Shown in pieces: positions 16,662-24,741 of a stretch of DNA of 64,000 bases (the stretch's first letter is position 1; every line of letters begins with the position of its first letter). Made by a program: the position numbers and the translations under genes. The notes below the pieces were generated by a model. That model worked only from the letters and a program-made list of their open reading frames with translations, had not been told where the DNA came from and did no database searches. Source of the stretch: a virus; IMG/VR virus record IMGVR_UViG_3300024999_000002; one strand, given 5' to 3'.

Positions 16662-16901
16662 ATGAAGAATGTTTCAATTAAGAAGATCCTTGGTCAATTG
16701 GAAGCAGGGGTTTCTAGAGATGAGATTGCAGCAGAATTGGAGTTAAATCCAAGAGAGGCTAAAGTCTTATGGCAACACGATGCCTTAAAGGGTATTAAGA
16801 AAAGTAAATACAAAGTTGAACTCAACATTGTAGAAGAAGAGGAAGTAGCAACACCAACTCCTCAAGGGCCAGGTAATAGTCAAATAGTAGATACTTTATA
16901 G
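16662..16901 (+). CDS. Hypothetical small protein (possible HTH)
   Basis: 79-aa ORF. Confidence 0.45.
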   Translation: MKNVSIKKILGQLEAGVSRDEIAAELELNPREAKVLWQHDALKGIKKSKYKVELNIVEEEEVATPTPQGPGNSQIVDTL

Positions 16902-16903
16902 TC

Positions 16904-17122
16904 ATGATGCCGTGGATAGATCCAAGAGATCCAAGGTATAGAGGGTATATGAATGAGGGAGAAAAACGTTGGCTTGAGCAAAAATATTATGAAGAGCAAA
17001 GAGCGGCAGCTATGCGCCAAAATCTAGCTACGAATAGAATAGATCCTTATATAGCAATGATGCCTTCATTATCTGATAACAAAGAGGATTTAACAAAACG
17101 CGAATTAATACTATTACTTTAA
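16904..17122 (+). CDS. Hypothetical small protein
   Basis: 72-aa ORF. Confidence 0.4.
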   Translation: MMPWIDPRDPRYRGYMNEGEKRWLEQKYYEEQRAAAMRQNLATNRIDPYIAMMPSLSDNKEDLTKRELILLL

Positions 17123-17388
17123 TGGCAAAAAGATCAGATTTAATTACAATGGGTAAAGAGGCAATTGAAGCCTTACAAGCGCCCTTTAAAGTTAGGAAAG
17201 ATAAGAAAACTTTAGAAGCTTGGCTTATTGACAAGGAGCAGAAGATTGCTGAATTGGAAAATAAAATTCAAGAAGAGAAGTCAGCGAAGGAATTCCAAGT
17301 TGACAAGATTTTAAAAGCTATTGATGATTTAGCTATTGAGAGAAGGAAACTTACTCAAGGTGAAGAATTACTAGCAGAATTATTTTAA
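17122..17388 (+). CDS. Hypothetical coiled-coil protein
   Basis: 88-aa ORF with an ATGA-type junction. Confidence 0.45.
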   Translation: MAKRSDLITMGKEAIEALQAPFKVRKDKKTLEAWLIDKEQKIAELENKIQEEKSAKEFQVDKILKAIDDLAIERRKLTQGEELLAELF

Positions 17389-17406
17389 TCATAAAAAAAG
17401 AATAAA

Positions 17407-18198
17407 ATGGCCTTTGTAGCAAACGACAGTAACAAACAGTTTTTTAGTGAGACTAAACTTTTCACAGGCGTAAGCCCAATGAAAATTGTTGGGATATGCC
17501 CAACTCTTGAAGAACTTAATGAGTTAAAATTCAATTTTGAGAAGGAGCCTGTATACGTTTCTAAAGATGAAACTACTGGTACAGACAAAGTGAGGATTGA
17601 TGTAGTATTTATGAATGACAAAGTTAAAAGCAAGTCTGCATTCTTTCTAGAGAATAGAGAAAGACAGTCTAAAGCTGGAGACAAGTTCGAGATTATCAAC
17701 AATTTTGGTCAGTCCACTTGGGCTCCAAGCGTAGGTGATGCCTTAGAAAAAGTTGGTAAGAACGGTAAGAAATGGTTTAGACCTGAAGGAGCTAGGGTAG
17801 CATTAGTAGGTGAGGTAGCTCTGATTAGTTTCTTAAGAGATTGGTTGAATGCTAATCCTGAAGATCAAGGTAAAATAGACAGTTATCCTGCTCTATTTGC
17901 CGGTAACTTTAAAGAGTTACAAAATTTTGTTAAGATATTAAGTAAAAACACAATATACACACTGTCCACAGTAAGAGAAGGTAAGTACCAAGGAGTCTAT
18001 AATGGATTCTTTGTAAGAGGTCAATTCACCCTTGAAGGTGCTAAGACCAAATTTAGTAATTACGCAAAAGCACAAAAAGATTCGGGTTATCCTATCAAGG
18101 ATGCATATAGTTTTGCTTTCCAACCATACACTGGGGGAGTAGTTGAACCTGATGCTGAAACAGCTGTTAAAGAACAGGCTGACGATCTTAAATTTTAA
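17407..18198 (+). CDS. Possible ssDNA-binding protein (T7 gp2.5-like)
   Basis: Sits between recombination and primase genes. Acidic C-terminal tail ...EQADDLKF ends in Phe as in gp2.5. No direct motif proof. Confidence 0.4.
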   Translation: MAFVANDSNKQFFSETKLFTGVSPMKIVGICPTLEELNELKFNFEKEPVYVSKDETTGTDKVRIDVVFMNDKVKSKSAFFLENRERQSKAGDKFEIINNFGQSTWAPSVGDALEKVGKNGKKWFRPEGARVALVGEVALISFLRDWLNANPEDQGKIDSYPALFAGNFKELQNFVKILSKNTIYTLSTVREGKYQGVYNGFFVRGQFTLEGAKTKFSNYAKAQKDSGYPIKDAYSFAFQPYTGGVVEPDAETAVKEQADDLKF

Positions 18199-18208
18199 GT
18201 AAGAACTT

Positions 18209-19225
18209 ATGGCATTTATTCCTAGAGAACCTCTCACTAAGGAGAAGATTTATGAAAAGATAACCTCTTTTGATATATTCAAATTATATTGCAGTGGTTT
18301 TTCTAAAGTGGGAGAAATGTTCAAAAGTGAATTAAGGAAGGACTCTAATCCTTCATGTTGTATTTCTTATATTGATGGGGATCTGTTATATACAGACTTT
18401 GGAGATGGGAGTATGCGCGCAATTGATTATGTTATAAGGAAATATTCATTAACATATGGAGAAGCCCTTTATAAAATAAACAAGGATTTTAAACTAGAAC
18501 TAGGAAGTCCAGTATTATGTGATATAACAGGTTTGCGAATTGCACCTGCTACACATAGTAAGGTAACTTATACTGAAAGGACACCTACTATAATTAAAAT
18601 TAAAGCACGCGACTTCACAGCGAGAGATGCCACATATTGGAAACAATATGGATGGACTAGGGAGATGTTAGAAAGAGCAAAAATCAAATCACTAGCATGT
18701 TACTGGATTGATAATCAAAAGAATGATAATGTTGCCTATCCCATTGGGAAAGATGAACTTTGTTATTCTTATGAATACTATTGGAATAAAGACATTTTCA
18801 GACGTAAAATCTATCTTCCTGAGAGTAAGATAAGATTTATAAGTAACGTGGATGATACTATCGTCCAAGGTTATCACCTTCTTCCAAAAGAAGGTGGTGA
18901 TCTGTTATTTATCACAAGCAGTCTAAAAGATTGCGGGGAGTTTTGGTTGCTAGGATATAATGCAATTGCCCCAAATAATGAAGAAACATTATTTCCAGAG
19001 TCTTATATTGAAAAACTTAAGGCTAGGTGGAAAAGAATCATTCTATGGTATGATAATGACTTTACAAAAGAGGATAATCCGGGAATAAAAAATGCAATGA
19101 AATTTAGTCAGAAGTACGGATTTGAGTATTTCTACACTCCTGATGGAACAGAGAAAGATCCTTCTGACTTTGTTAAATCATATGGATTGCAAACATTTAA
19201 AACACTAATAGATGGCAAACTATGA
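18209..19225 (+). CDS. Primase-like protein (Toprim-type C-terminal half)
   Basis: LLFITSSLKD...ILWYDNDFTKEDNPG resembles the Toprim DxD region; N-terminal Cys cluster (SCCISY). Confidence 0.5.
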   Translation: MAFIPREPLTKEKIYEKITSFDIFKLYCSGFSKVGEMFKSELRKDSNPSCCISYIDGDLLYTDFGDGSMRAIDYVIRKYSLTYGEALYKINKDFKLELGSPVLCDITGLRIAPATHSKVTYTERTPTIIKIKARDFTARDATYWKQYGWTREMLERAKIKSLACYWIDNQKNDNVAYPIGKDELCYSYEYYWNKDIFRRKIYLPESKIRFISNVDDTIVQGYHLLPKEGGDLLFITSSLKDCGEFWLLGYNAIAPNNEETLFPESYIEKLKARWKRIILWYDNDFTKEDNPGIKNAMKFSQKYGFEYFYTPDGTEKDPSDFVKSYGLQTFKTLIDGKL

Positions 19226-19385
19226 TGAATACAATTCTCACATTAAAGAAGCTAAAAGCAAAAGAACTGCGCAACAAATGGAACAAGCCTCACAGGTAAA
19301 AGCCAGGGTCAAAAGATATTATGACCAAAAAGAAAAGTTTGAAAAGACTAAAGAAGTTGTAGCTAGGTTTATTAGCATGAATTAA
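19212..19385 (+). CDS. Possible 57-aa ORF bridging primase and resolvase genes
   Basis: MANYDEYNSHIKEAK...ARFISMN; ends in a TAATG overlap with the 19385 start. Confidence 0.3.
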   Translation: MANYDEYNSHIKEAKSKRTAQQMEQASQVKARVKRYYDQKEKFEKTKEVVARFISMN

Positions 19386-19873
19386 TGGGAAGAAGATACC
19401 CTTCAAAAAAGGGGCCTAACACTAGGCGAACTCCAGTTATTAAAAAAGTCAGAAATAAGAAAGTGCGGGGTGCACAAGCGGTCACAGTAGATAATATAAG
19501 TTTTAAAAGCAAACTAGAGGTTTTCTGTTACAGGAAACTAAAAGAGAGCGGTATACCTTTTGAATATGAGGTGCACAAATTTGTATTATTTGAAGGATTC
19601 AGACCTAATTTTCATAGCTATTTTCCAGATAAACTGGGAGATATGCAATTAGATCTAGGTAAGATACGCGATATGACTTACACCCCAGATTTTGTAGGGT
19701 CAAACTGGATAATTGAGACGAAAGGTAAAGCAAATGATGTTTACCCAGTCAAATTGAAGTTTTTTAGAAGATGGTTAGAGGGGAATTCTAAGTACAAAAT
19801 GTTCTTAGAACCCCATAATCAAAAGCAAATACTTCAATGCATTGAAATAATCAAACAAATTAGTAACAAATAA
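19385..19873 (+). CDS. T7 endonuclease I-like Holliday junction resolvase
   Basis: FKSKLEVFCYRKLKESGIPFEYE and YTPDFVGSNWIIETKG align with T7 gp3 (FRSGLEDKVSKQLESKGIKFEYE; YTPDFLLPNGIFVETKG). Confidence 0.85.
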   Translation: MGRRYPSKKGPNTRRTPVIKKVRNKKVRGAQAVTVDNISFKSKLEVFCYRKLKESGIPFEYEVHKFVLFEGFRPNFHSYFPDKLGDMQLDLGKIRDMTYTPDFVGSNWIIETKGKANDVYPVKLKFFRRWLEGNSKYKMFLEPHNQKQILQCIEIIKQISNK

Positions 19874-19885
19874 CAAATAAATAAA

Positions 19886-20464
19886 ATGAGAAAAATTAGT
19901 TTTAAACTGCTAACTCAAGCACAACTTTTAGTGCTAGAAACCAATGCAAGAACTCTAGGTGAGTTAAAAGCAGAGATCAGTAGAAATTCACAACTACGTG
20001 GTAAAATTGCTTTCGGTGAAGTTCAACTTATTGAAAGAGAGACCAAAGCAACATTTGGGGATATTGATGAGGCTATCCTACCTGCTACAGACTGTATCAT
20101 GTTTGTAGTTCCTAGGAAAACTAAATCAGGAGCAATTCTTACAGAATTAGCTGCTATGAGTTTTGTGGATTTAAAGGCGCATGCTGAAAAATTAATGGAC
20201 GAAGATGATGATCTTTGCTTTGATCTCGATGTTCCTGCTGCTGATCTTTATGATGCTCTTTTAGATCATTATGAGAGAAACCCAGAGGTTGCTGAAGAGA
20301 TTAAAGGTCTTGTAGAAGATCTAGTAAAAGTAACTGATATTATCAATATAGTTATTCCTAAGTTGGAGGCTTTAAATATTGAAGAAGTTACAGCTTTAAG
20401 AGTAACAACCAATGACCTTCAAAGGGAAATTGAAGCAGTATCAAGTACTGTAAGAAGATCCTAG
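19886..20464 (+). CDS. Protein with an N-terminal ubiquitin-like (beta-grasp-like) pattern and an acidic helical C-terminal extension
   Basis: Residues 1-82 align by eye with ubiquitin (VLETNARTLGELKAEIS vs TLEVEPSDTIENVKAKIQ; IMFVVPRKTKSG vs LHLVLRLRGG). Confidence 0.45.
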   Translation: MRKISFKLLTQAQLLVLETNARTLGELKAEISRNSQLRGKIAFGEVQLIERETKATFGDIDEAILPATDCIMFVVPRKTKSGAILTELAAMSFVDLKAHAEKLMDEDDDLCFDLDVPAADLYDALLDHYERNPEVAEEIKGLVEDLVKVTDIINIVIPKLEALNIEEVTALRVTTNDLQREIEAVSSTVRRS

Positions 20465-20474
20465 TAATAATAAA

Positions 20475-20497
20475 GGGTAGGGAAACCTACCCTTTTT
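20475..20497 (+). terminator. Rho-independent terminator
   Basis: GGGTAGG(20475-20481)/CCTACCC(20486-20492) followed by TTTTT. Confidence 0.75.
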
Positions 20498-20508
20498 AAC
20501 TTAAAAAT

Positions 20509-21723
20509 ATGATATATTATCCAGATTTTCTTAAGTTTAAAGAATCAGAATTACAAGCACACTTAGAAGAGCACAATAAATTTGTAGCTCCAGGTGGTCT
20601 TGTAGTCTACAATAATGAGATAGCTGAAATATATGGAAGAGCAAAGCCGTACTTGTTGATAAAAACTGAAAATAACAATATAATGCAGGTATATACTTCA
20701 GATGCCCCTTTGCTTACTATAGACAGGTTTAACCGGCTAAAACTTTATAGAAGAACAAGACAACTACGTGGAAATTATAAATTTATGTGTGCAGTCCTAA
20801 AAAGAATAGCACATCAAATTTATGGAGAAAATCGCGTAGATATTATACTAGAACCTGGCGCCAGAAGAATACAAATTATTATACACTATCCCGAAATTGA
20901 AATAACAAATAGTACAGGTACAAAACACATAATCAAAGATTTATATATACGACATCATTTTGTTAACACTGAGGCCATGGGTATACAATTAGCCGGACAA
21001 GCTGCTCTTAAGACTACCTACAGTAATGGAGAAATTCAAAGATCATATTTACATTCTCACATTTCTAATAATGGTCTAGGAAGTTGGAGTAATAGTTTCT
21101 GTTTTGGCTCTACTACATTTGCACAATTTATACAGAATGTTAGACAACGCGGAGAGATGAATCAAGCAGATATATATCAACTATTCTTTGGGATGGATGA
21201 GTATCTCAAGTGGGAAAGTATAGAAGGCACTCCTTATAACAGGTTGAATGATATTATGGAATTTACCAGTGAATCATATTCTGTTAGTTACAGTAATGAT
21301 TTAGCGGAGAAAGCCTATGCCCATGTTGTCCAAAATTTAGAAAACTTTGAGTACAGTATCACTATGCGTAATAATGAAGTACGTATTGAAATAACAACTT
21401 CATTAGAAAGTGCTTTAAGTAATTTCCTAGAAACTTCTGGGAGAAAAGATTTAATACTAAGAGTACATAATGGAAGTCCAGTAAGGGTAGTATCTGCCGG
21501 CAGATCAAATAGTAGATATAACAACACGAGATTAGACTTCACATTTAAAGGTGCAAGACAAGTCTTAAAAGTTGATTATGATCGTGGAAGTCCAGAAGCA
21601 ATAGAAAGGTTGCACCCTTTAAGAGTGTACCCACAATTCTATATTGCAGTAAAAGTAAAGTTAGAAAATAAATTTGAAACTTTCTTAAGTGAAAAACAAA
21701 AACAAACACAACAAGCACAATAA
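20509..21723 (+). CDS. Hypothetical 404-aa protein with an H-S-H...C motif (speculative E2-like)
   Basis: YLHSHISNNGLGSWSNSFCFG (H182, H184, C198) follows a beta-rich segment, reminiscent of the UBC HP(N/H)...C motif. Located between the Ubl-like and JAB genes. Confidence 0.35.
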   Translation: MIYYPDFLKFKESELQAHLEEHNKFVAPGGLVVYNNEIAEIYGRAKPYLLIKTENNNIMQVYTSDAPLLTIDRFNRLKLYRRTRQLRGNYKFMCAVLKRIAHQIYGENRVDIILEPGARRIQIIIHYPEIEITNSTGTKHIIKDLYIRHHFVNTEAMGIQLAGQAALKTTYSNGEIQRSYLHSHISNNGLGSWSNSFCFGSTTFAQFIQNVRQRGEMNQADIYQLFFGMDEYLKWESIEGTPYNRLNDIMEFTSESYSVSYSNDLAEKAYAHVVQNLENFEYSITMRNNEVRIEITTSLESALSNFLETSGRKDLILRVHNGSPVRVVSAGRSNSRYNNTRLDFTFKGARQVLKVDYDRGSPEAIERLHPLRVYPQFYIAVKVKLENKFETFLSEKQKQTQQAQ

Positions 21724-21724
21724 A

Positions 21725-22084
21725 ATGGGTAAACATAGCACACATGTGATAACACCCGCAAAACCATTTGTTAAGAAGGAACCAGTTCCTACAAAAACAT
21801 TAGGTAACGTAGGTAAAATTTTCATTTCTGAGGAATTGAAAAAACAAATTGACTTTCTACATAAGAAGATAGGAAGCATAGAGTGGTCGGGAGTTCTAAT
21901 TTATAAGCATACAGGTGGAGAAATTAAAGACCTTAAAGATCTTGAATTCCACGCAACTAATATGTTCTTAATGGACATTGGTACAGGAGCTTATACTGAA
22001 TTTAATTATAATGAGCAAATTGTAGCTATTTATGATGTAATACCAGAGGCAATGGAAAGTGCTACTGGACTAATTCACACGCAT
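21725..22084 (+). CDS. JAB/MPN (JAMM) metallopeptidase, exon 1
   Basis: Conserved Glu (IEWSGVLIY); ends ...GLIHTH, the HxH of the JAMM motif. ATG 21725 directly follows the upstream stop. Confidence 0.8.
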
Positions 22085-22355
22085 TAAAATGAATGGTGCA
22101 GCCTTAAAGTAATTTAAGGTAAAAAATATCGGATGAACTCAGGGAACGGAGATAAAGTGACCAATCCTGAGCCAAGCTAAAGATTAAATGTCTTTAGAAG
22201 GTGCAACGACTAGGTATTGAAACTAAATAATGGAAAGTTCTTCTAATGGAATAGGAAATGTCTCCCAGAAAGGAGCAGAATATAGGTTTGAGTCCTATAC
22301 TTTCTACTAGATTATTTAGAATATAATATACCCACGAGCGTCCGACATCCTATCA

Positions 22356-23147
22356 CTAGGATGATGATATAGTCTGAACTTTAGGATACTTTAAAATAAG
22401 TTTTTCAATTCCTTGATTAAACTTATTAATTTTTCTTGTTAACTTAAAAGGAGAGTTATTATAAATTAAATAGAATTTATATACTTCTTCTTTCTTAGCA
22501 AAACTTAATATCCACGTTTTGTTAAAAAATAATGAATAATTTTGTAAATTTAGAGAATCGGCAATACCCTTTAATAACTCTTCAGTACCTCTGATAGATA
22601 CTCGAATAGTTGTTATATTAGGATTGTTGCTTACATGAATACAGCCATCTCCATCTAAATAACCTGATATAAAACTTCCATGAAATTCATTTGGGATATT
22701 TAATAAGATATTAGTTAGAGTTTTGGATTTTCTTTGTGTAATTCCTAAATTTAATAAATCATTTACTAGTAATGGATTAGATAATGTAAATCTAACCATT
22801 TCATTATTAGGAAATGTAAGAACTTTTTCACAACCAATTTCTTGTCTAAGCAATTCTAAAACTTCTGTATCAACTCTATTTATTTGAATACCTAGAGTAA
22901 CAGAGGAAGAATTGGAACGTACAATATAACCATCTGCAGCAATAAATCCTAGTAAGTAGGCCTTTGTAGCAGAATCTATATTCTGAAAATATCGTATATT
23001 ACCTTGATTAGACCTATAATATATGGAATATTTTTGCAATATGTAGGTTACGGACGAGTATTTTATATTAAGTTCTTTAGAAATTTGAATGGGAGTTTTA
23101 CCATTCTCTGCTAGAGATTTAATTAAATTATGGTCATGAATTTGCAT
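22356..23147 (-). CDS. Double-motif LAGLIDADG homing endonuclease with N-terminal HTH, antisense to its host gene
   Basis: YLLGFIAADGYI and FISGYLDGDGCI. Same architecture and length (263 vs 262 aa) as the 3773-4561 ORF. Confidence 0.85.
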   Translation of the reverse strand: MQIHDHNLIKSLAENGKTPIQISKELNIKYSSVTYILQKYSIYYRSNQGNIRYFQNIDSATKAYLLGFIAADGYIVRSNSSSVTLGIQINRVDTEVLELLRQEIGCEKVLTFPNNEMVRFTLSNPLLVNDLLNLGITQRKSKTLTNILLNIPNEFHGSFISGYLDGDGCIHVSNNPNITTIRVSIRGTEELLKGIADSLNLQNYSLFFNKTWILSFAKKEEVYKFYLIYNNSPFKLTRKINKFNQGIEKLILKYPKVQTISSS

Positions 23148-23163
23148 ACAAAATTATTTTTAA

Positions 23164-23195
23164 CAAATATAAGAAAAATTTTATTCTAAAGCAAG
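23164..23195 (-). promoter_or_regulatory. Host-type promoter for the antisense intron ORF
   Basis: On the minus strand: CTTG-N20-TATATTTG, 16 nt before ATG (23147). Confidence 0.45.
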
Positions 23196-23224
23196 AATTT
23201 TAAAATATTCTTGATAACAAAAAG

Positions 23225-24088
23225 CATTCAATGGGGGCATTCCACAGTGGAACAGACTTAAGTGAATTAGAAGATAATGCCGGAGTATATAATTACTATG
23301 TATCTCTAGTTGTTAATTTTAAAGAAACTTATGTTTGTAAAATTGCTTTCCCTGCTACAGTAATCATTAATGAAACTAAACATAATGTAAGTACAATAAG
23401 AAACACCGATGGTACAATCATTCCATTTGAAGAAAAATCAGAAAAGAATGAGGAAAGAGTAATACATTATCTAGGAGATTTAGATGTAGTAATTGAATCT
23501 ACTCCTATAGAAATTTCAGAGTGGATAGAAGATAGGTATGCCGAAGTTAAGAAAGCAAAAGAAAAACCTGTATATGTACCATACACATCTTACTACGATA
23601 CTTTTAAAGCTGATAGAAGTGTTATAGGATTTAGAAAGGAGGAAGGGGGTGCAAAACTACCTATACCTACTTACAGACAACAAGCGTTAGGAGGGGACTT
23701 TCAAAGAGAGGACAGCGTCCTTGAATTTGAAGAGTACACCGCCGCGTCCTTCACGACTGCTAGAGAAGTTAGCAGAGATCCGAGCAAAACTATCAAATTA
23801 TTTGTAAATGCCGTAGTCTTTTCAGATTCTACTGTACCTTTAGATATTATTAAAGGGGTAGTAAATTTGAATCTACTGCCTGATGCAGAATTCCAATTAT
23901 ACTTAGACTTATTAGAGGCTAATATAGAAATTCTACATGACAATATTTATGGGCTAGGTAATGTTCATCTACTAAGACACTTAAAAGAAGTGGTAGTACA
24001 TCTAAGCGCTTATAAAAATGCCAAGAGAGTAGGACACATTGATAAACTAATTGAATTCTTAGACGATTATGGAACTCCAGCAACTTAA
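23225..24088 (+). CDS. JAB/MPN metallopeptidase, exon 2 plus a long C-terminal region of unknown function
   Basis: HSMGAFHSGTDLSELED completes the JAMM motif, in frame with exon 1. Confidence 0.8.
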   Translation, partial: HSMGAFHSGTDLSELEDNAGVYNYYVSLVVNFKETYVCKIAFPATVIINETKHNVSTIRNTDGTIIPFEEKSEKNEERVIHYLGDLDVVIESTPIEISEWIEDRYAEVKKAKEKPVYVPYTSYYDTFKADRSVIGFRKEEGGAKLPIPTYRQQALGGDFQREDSVLEFEEYTAASFTTAREVSRDPSKTIKLFVNAVVFSDSTVPLDIIKGVVNLNLLPDAEFQLYLDLLEANIEILHDNIYGLGNVHLLRHLKEVVVHLSAYKNAKRVGHIDKLIEFLDDYGTPAT

Positions 24089-24740
24089 TGACAGATTTAA
24101 AGATGCTCCTTGGTTTGAACAATGCAGCAAGGAGTTTATACTTGTAGGTGGAGTAGGTGGTATAGGCAGTTCAGCAATGTACTGTTTAACTAAGACTATT
24201 CCTTGTACCTATGCAATTATTGATATGGATACTGTGGCTGAATATAATGTAGGCACACAGTTCTTCTGCAAAGACGATGTTAATAAACTAAAGGTACAAG
24301 CAGTACAAGAGATGGCTACTAGATATTCTGCAGCCAAGATCATGCCTTTTCCAAGAGCAATAACAGACACTGATTTTAGGCCTATCACAATATCAGCCTT
24401 TGACAATATGGCTGCTAGAAAGCAGTTGTATGAAGCTTGGAAAAAGCAGGTAAATAGAGAGATTTTCATAGATGGACGCCTTAGGGCAACTATGTATGAA
24501 GTCTACATTGTATTACCAGGAAGAGAAGCACAGTACGAAGCCACACTATTTGACGATAAAGATGTGGCTGATGATGAGTGCACATTTAAACAAACATCCT
24601 TCTTTGCTATGGCAATTGGGGCGAAGATTACGCAGGCTCTAACTAATTACTTGTCTAACAAGTATACTAAGGAAGACTCGTGTGCTTTACCTTTTAAGAT
24701 AACAGAGGTAGGAGAATTATTTTACTTTAACGCAGAATAG
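24069..24740 (+). CDS. ThiF/MoeB/E1-like adenylyltransferase (minimal Rossmann domain)
   Basis: ILVGGVGGIGSS, IIDMDTVAEYNVGTQFF, SAFDNMAARKQL, IDGRL...VYIVLPG. Overlaps the JAB gene end by 20 nt. Confidence 0.8.
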   Translation: MELQQLNDRFKDAPWFEQCSKEFILVGGVGGIGSSAMYCLTKTIPCTYAIIDMDTVAEYNVGTQFFCKDDVNKLKVQAVQEMATRYSAAKIMPFPRAITDTDFRPITISAFDNMAARKQLYEAWKKQVNREIFIDGRLRATMYEVYIVLPGREAQYEATLFDDKDVADDECTFKQTSFFAMAIGAKITQALTNYLSNKYTKEDSCALPFKITEVGELFYFNAE

Positions 24741-24741
24741 T

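Larger units (their letters stand above)
22085..23224 (+). mobile_element. Group I intron in the JAB gene with an antisense LAGLIDADG ORF
   Basis: Exon ends in T22084 and the intron ends in G23224. Core motifs GAGCCAAG(22169-22176), hairpin CTAAAGA/TCTTTAG, AAGGTGCAACGACTAGG(22198-22214) and GAGTCC downstream. Splicing gives HTH|HSMGAFHSGTD, an exact H-x-H-x7-S-x2-D motif. Confidence 0.75.

Noticed and set aside
21689-21724. K/N/H-rich N-terminal extension (MKNKNKHNKHNK) of the JAB ORF from a GTG start
   Set aside because: It lies within the end of the previous gene. ATG 21725 directly follows that gene's stop.
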